A model generated the notes under the pieces. The model was not told where the DNA came from. It saw nothing but the letters and a program-made list of their open reading frames with translations, and did no database searches. A stretch of 64,000 nt of DNA from Rubricoccaceae bacterium (GTDB lineage Bacteria; Bacteroidota; Rhodothermia; Rhodothermales; Rubricoccaceae), in NCBI GenBank assembly GCA_963832985.1, contig CAWHWG010000001.1:221271-285270 (forward strand), read 5' to 3'. Below are positions 61,205-64,000 of the stretch, piece after piece. How positions within the stretch are numbered: the first letter of the stretch is position 1; each line of letters begins with the position of its first letter. A program made the position numbers and the translations under genes.

Positions 61205-62172
61205 CCGAGACGCCCGATACCATAGCCCAGGAGACCGTCCCGGCGATGCAGTCGCGGACCGATGTCCCCGCCGTCCCCGCGCACGCAGTTGCCCCTCCGG
61301 TCCCGGTTCGCCGTGAGAGATCGGACTGGCGCGGTGTCGCATTTGCCGCGCCGTACCTGCTTCACCTGGGGCTGTTCTTCGGATACCCGCTGCTGTTCGC
61401 AGCCGTCCTGATCTTCCACCGCTGGGACGTCGTGACGCCGATGGAGTGGGTCGGCACGGGCAACATTGCCCGGCTGGTCCAAGACGACCTGTTTGCCCGA
61501 GCGATGCTCAACACGGGAATCTTTCTGGTGCTCCACATCCCGTTGCAGATCGTTGTCGCGCTGCTGTTTGCGGAACTGCTCAACGGCAAGCTGAAGGGGC
61601 GGTCGTTCTTTCGGACGGTCTACTTCCTACCCGTCGTCGTGTCGGGCGTCGTCGTGACAATCCTGTTCCAGCAGCTATTTGCCTTCGACGGCGGCTACGT
61701 CAACAGCGTGCTCGGGGCGATCGGCGGCGAGGCGGTCCCATGGTTGGTGTCGCCCGCATGGGCAATGCCCTCGATCGCCTTGGTGGCAACCTGGAAGAAC
61801 GTTGGGCTCTACGTGCTGCTGTTCCTGGCCGGCCTGCAGAACGTGCCGCCGACGCTGTACGAAGCGGCGGACGTTGAGGGCGCGACGCGGTGGCAGCGCT
61901 GGCGCCATGTGACGCTGCCCATGCTCAACCCGATGATGGTGACGGTCGTCGTGCTGTCCACGATCGGGGGGTTCTCGTTGTTCATCGAACCCTACGTGCT
62001 GACCGGCGGAGGGCCGCTCAACAGCACGTTGTCGGGCCTTTTGTACATCTACAATCAGGCGTTCTACTTCAACCACATGGGCTACGCGGCCACGCTCGGC
62101 CTGGCCTTCGCCCTCTTGATCTTCGCCGTCGTGCTCGTGCAGCGCCGCGTCGTCGAGTCCGACGTCGCCTGA
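61201..62172 (+). CDS. Carbohydrate ABC transporter permease (MalF-type)
   Basis: FFRTVYFLPVV, FLAGLQNVP..LYEAADVEGA, GGP, GYAA. Confidence 0.93.
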   Translation: MTETPDTIAQETVPAMQSRTDVPAVPAHAVAPPVPVRRERSDWRGVAFAAPYLLHLGLFFGYPLLFAAVLIFHRWDVVTPMEWVGTGNIARLVQDDLFARAMLNTGIFLVLHIPLQIVVALLFAELLNGKLKGRSFFRTVYFLPVVVSGVVVTILFQQLFAFDGGYVNSVLGAIGGEAVPWLVSPAWAMPSIALVATWKNVGLYVLLFLAGLQNVPPTLYEAADVEGATRWQRWRHVTLPMLNPMMVTVVVLSTIGGFSLFIEPYVLTGGGPLNSTLSGLLYIYNQAFYFNHMGYAATLGLAFALLIFAVVLVQRRVVESDVA

Positions 62173-62175
62173 CCG

Positions 62176-63000
62176 ATGCAAACCTCCCCCTTCCGTACCG
62201 GTTTGGCCTATGCGACGCTCATCGTGGGCGCCGTCGTATTCGCGTACCCGTTCGTCTGGATGGCGCTGGCGACGTTCAAGCCCGAGGCCGACATCGCGGC
62301 GCTCAACCCGTTCCCGTCCGAGTGGACGACGGAGAGCTACCGGCTGGTGTTCGGGTCGGTGCCACTCGGGCGGTCGTTCCTGAACTCGGTGCTGGTGACG
62401 GGCGTGGTGACGGCGTTGGCCCTGGTGTTCGGGTCGCTTACCGCCTATGGCCTGTCGCGGCTCACGTGGAAGGGCCGCGACGCCGCGTTCTCGGTCATCT
62501 TGTTCACGATGATGGTGCCGTTCCTGGTGCTACTCATCCCGCTGTACACGCTCGTGGTGGGGTTCGGGTGGACGGACAGCTATGCGGGCCTCATCGTGCC
62601 GTTCATGATGAACGCGACGGCCGTGCTCATCCTGCGCCAGCACTTCGTGACGTTGCCCCAGAGCCTCGTCGACGCCGCCCGGATCGATGGGGCGGGCGAG
62701 CTCAGAATCCTCTTCCAGATCGTCTGGCCGGCCTCGGTGCCAGCACTCGTCACCGCTGGGATCCTGGCGTTTATCGGGAGTTGGAACGAGGTGCTGTGGC
62801 CGCTGATGGTCATCCGGGAGCAAGAGATGATGACGATGCCTCAAACGGTCGCCCTGTTCGCCGTCGGCGGCGGCGCCGAAGGCCGGCTCGGTCCCCAGCT
62901 CGCGGCAGCCCTCCTTCTGGCCGTCCCCATTATCGCGGCATACCTCGTGTTTCAACGCCGGTTTGTCGAAAGCCTCGCCACCAGCGGCCTCAAAGGATGA
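62176..63000 (+). CDS. Carbohydrate ABC transporter permease (MalG-type)
   Basis: FLNSV, LRQHFVTLPQSLVDAARIDGA, WNEVLWP, FQRRFVESLATSGLKG. Confidence 0.93.
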   Translation: MQTSPFRTGLAYATLIVGAVVFAYPFVWMALATFKPEADIAALNPFPSEWTTESYRLVFGSVPLGRSFLNSVLVTGVVTALALVFGSLTAYGLSRLTWKGRDAAFSVILFTMMVPFLVLLIPLYTLVVGFGWTDSYAGLIVPFMMNATAVLILRQHFVTLPQSLVDAARIDGAGELRILFQIVWPASVPALVTAGILAFIGSWNEVLWPLMVIREQEMMTMPQTVALFAVGGGAEGRLGPQLAAALLLAVPIIAAYLVFQRRFVESLATSGLKG

Positions 63001-64000
63001 CCCGTCTCGTTCCTCTCCTCGCTCTGCTCGCCCTCTCTGCGTGCCGCGAGTCTCCACTCCCTAGAACGGCGGAGCCGAGCAGCTCAACGACCGCCCAGGC
63101 CGACCTCGAGGCCGCGGGCTTCAACCTCGATCACCTCGATTTCTTGGGCGAGGACGTCGTCCTCGAGGGCGACACCTTGCGGCTGATCCACATCTACGCC
63201 GAGCCCGACGGCGAGGGCGGCTGGGAGTTCGTGGGCGACCACGACGAGGGGTTAGCCTGCGTTGACGACGTGGCTCGGGCGGCCGTCGTCTACCTGCGCC
63301 ACTACGAGGAGACGGGCGACGACGCCTCACGGCGCACCGCCGTCAAGCTGCTTCGGTTCGTCCGCCACCTCCAGGCCGAGTCGGGCCTGTTCTACAACTT
63401 CGTGTGGGACCGCGAGATGCGGCCCAACACGACGTTCCGTACCTCCGTCGCGACCGATGTGTCGTGGTGGACAGCCCGGGCCGTCTGGGCGCTCGCACTT
63501 GGAGCTCGCGTCCTGGAAGACGAGGATCCGGTCGAAGCTCGCGCCGCCCTCGAGTCCGTCCGCCGCGTCGAGCCACATCTGGACGCGCTCCTGGTCCGCT
63601 ACGGCGAGACAGCCCTCGAGGACGGACGGCCGTACCCCCAGTGGCTGATCGCCGAGACCGGCGCCGACGCAACGAGCGAGCTGCTGCTCGGCTTGGTTGA
63701 ACTCGAGCGCGTGGCACCGACGCCGGAGGGCGCTCGCCGCGCCCAGCAATTCGCCGAGGGCATCGGCTCTCTCCGATTCGGGTCACTCTCCGAGTTGCCA
63801 TGGGGCGGGCACGCCTCCTGGGAGGGCGGCTGGCACGGCTGGGGCAACAGCCAGACTCAGGCCATCGCCTCGGGCCGTGCAGCAGACGTGCTTCCCGAGG
63901 CCACCCTGGCGGGCGTCGAGGCCGAGGCGAGGACACTCTACGCGCACTTGCTCGTCGAGGGCTGGCTCCATGAGATCACCTACGCGACGGGAGCGGAGCG
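62997..64000 (+). CDS. Lipoprotein with a putative six-hairpin glycosidase-like domain; runs off the window end (not in the ORF track)
   Basis: Manual translation MTRLVPLLALLALSAC...IHIYAEP...DEGLACVDDVARAAVVYL...GLFYNFVW...WWTARAVWAL...WHGWGNSQ; ATGA overlap with the permease stop. Confidence 0.7.
   Translation, partial: MTRLVPLLALLALSACRESPLPRTAEPSSSTTAQADLEAAGFNLDHLDFLGEDVVLEGDTLRLIHIYAEPDGEGGWEFVGDHDEGLACVDDVARAAVVYLRHYEETGDDASRRTAVKLLRFVRHLQAESGLFYNFVWDREMRPNTTFRTSVATDVSWWTARAVWALALGARVLEDEDPVEARAALESVRRVEPHLDALLVRYGETALEDGRPYPQWLIAETGADATSELLLGLVELERVAPTPEGARRAQQFAEGIGSLRFGSLSELPWGGHASWEGGWHGWGNSQTQAIASGRAADVLPEATLAGVEAEARTLYAHLLVEGWLHEITYATGAE

Larger units (their letters stand above)
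53..63623. repeat. Dispersed highly iterated palindrome CCTCGAGG, consensus (C)GNCCTCGAGGNC(G)
   Basis: About 170 exact 8-mer copies counted by eye: about 37, 28, 33, 29 and 23 per successive 10 kb, and about 23 in the last 14 kb. Confidence 0.97.

Noticed and set aside
53-63623. CCTCGAGG copies as cloning or linker (XhoI) artefacts, or as a MITE family
   Set aside because: Copies lie in frame inside intact conserved genes, flanks are unrelated beyond 12-14 bp, and there are no target duplications.

Overview
High-GC (about 69% by eye) bacterial chromosome segment. The gene content (T9SS sortase PorU, T9SS C-terminal domains, PorV-like protein, class I FBA, no Shine-Dalgarno sites) points to Rhodothermota, probably Rubricoccaceae/Rubrivirga-like; this is an inference. 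Positions 1-44 kb are mostly core genes: porU, nadA, lolD, an NtrC-family regulator, gap-pgk, mscS, an ABC exporter, metG, tRNA-Arg(ACG), thiO-S-G-E-D, hicBA and fbaB. From about 44.3 kb there is an accessory region: a NUDIX/SLT chimeric remnant, a degenerate tRNA-Gly fragment, an IS630 element, and a LacI-regulated carbohydrate locus without SusD (six-hairpin glycosidase, 4xCBM-like T9SS protein, TonB-dependent receptor, large T9SS cargo plus PorV paralogue, sugar ABC transporter). The most striking signal is a highly iterated palindrome, CCTCGAGG, with extended consensus (C)GNCCTCGAGGNC(G). I counted about 170 copies by eye against about 3 expected. It is phase-locked to [DVAG]-L-E-[DVAG] in genes, clustered in intergenic DNA, depleted in apparently acquired DNA, and present at a rearrangement breakpoint, much like cyanobacterial HIP1. 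Many genes, including essential metG, carry single-base frameshifts that are most likely sequencing or assembly errors.
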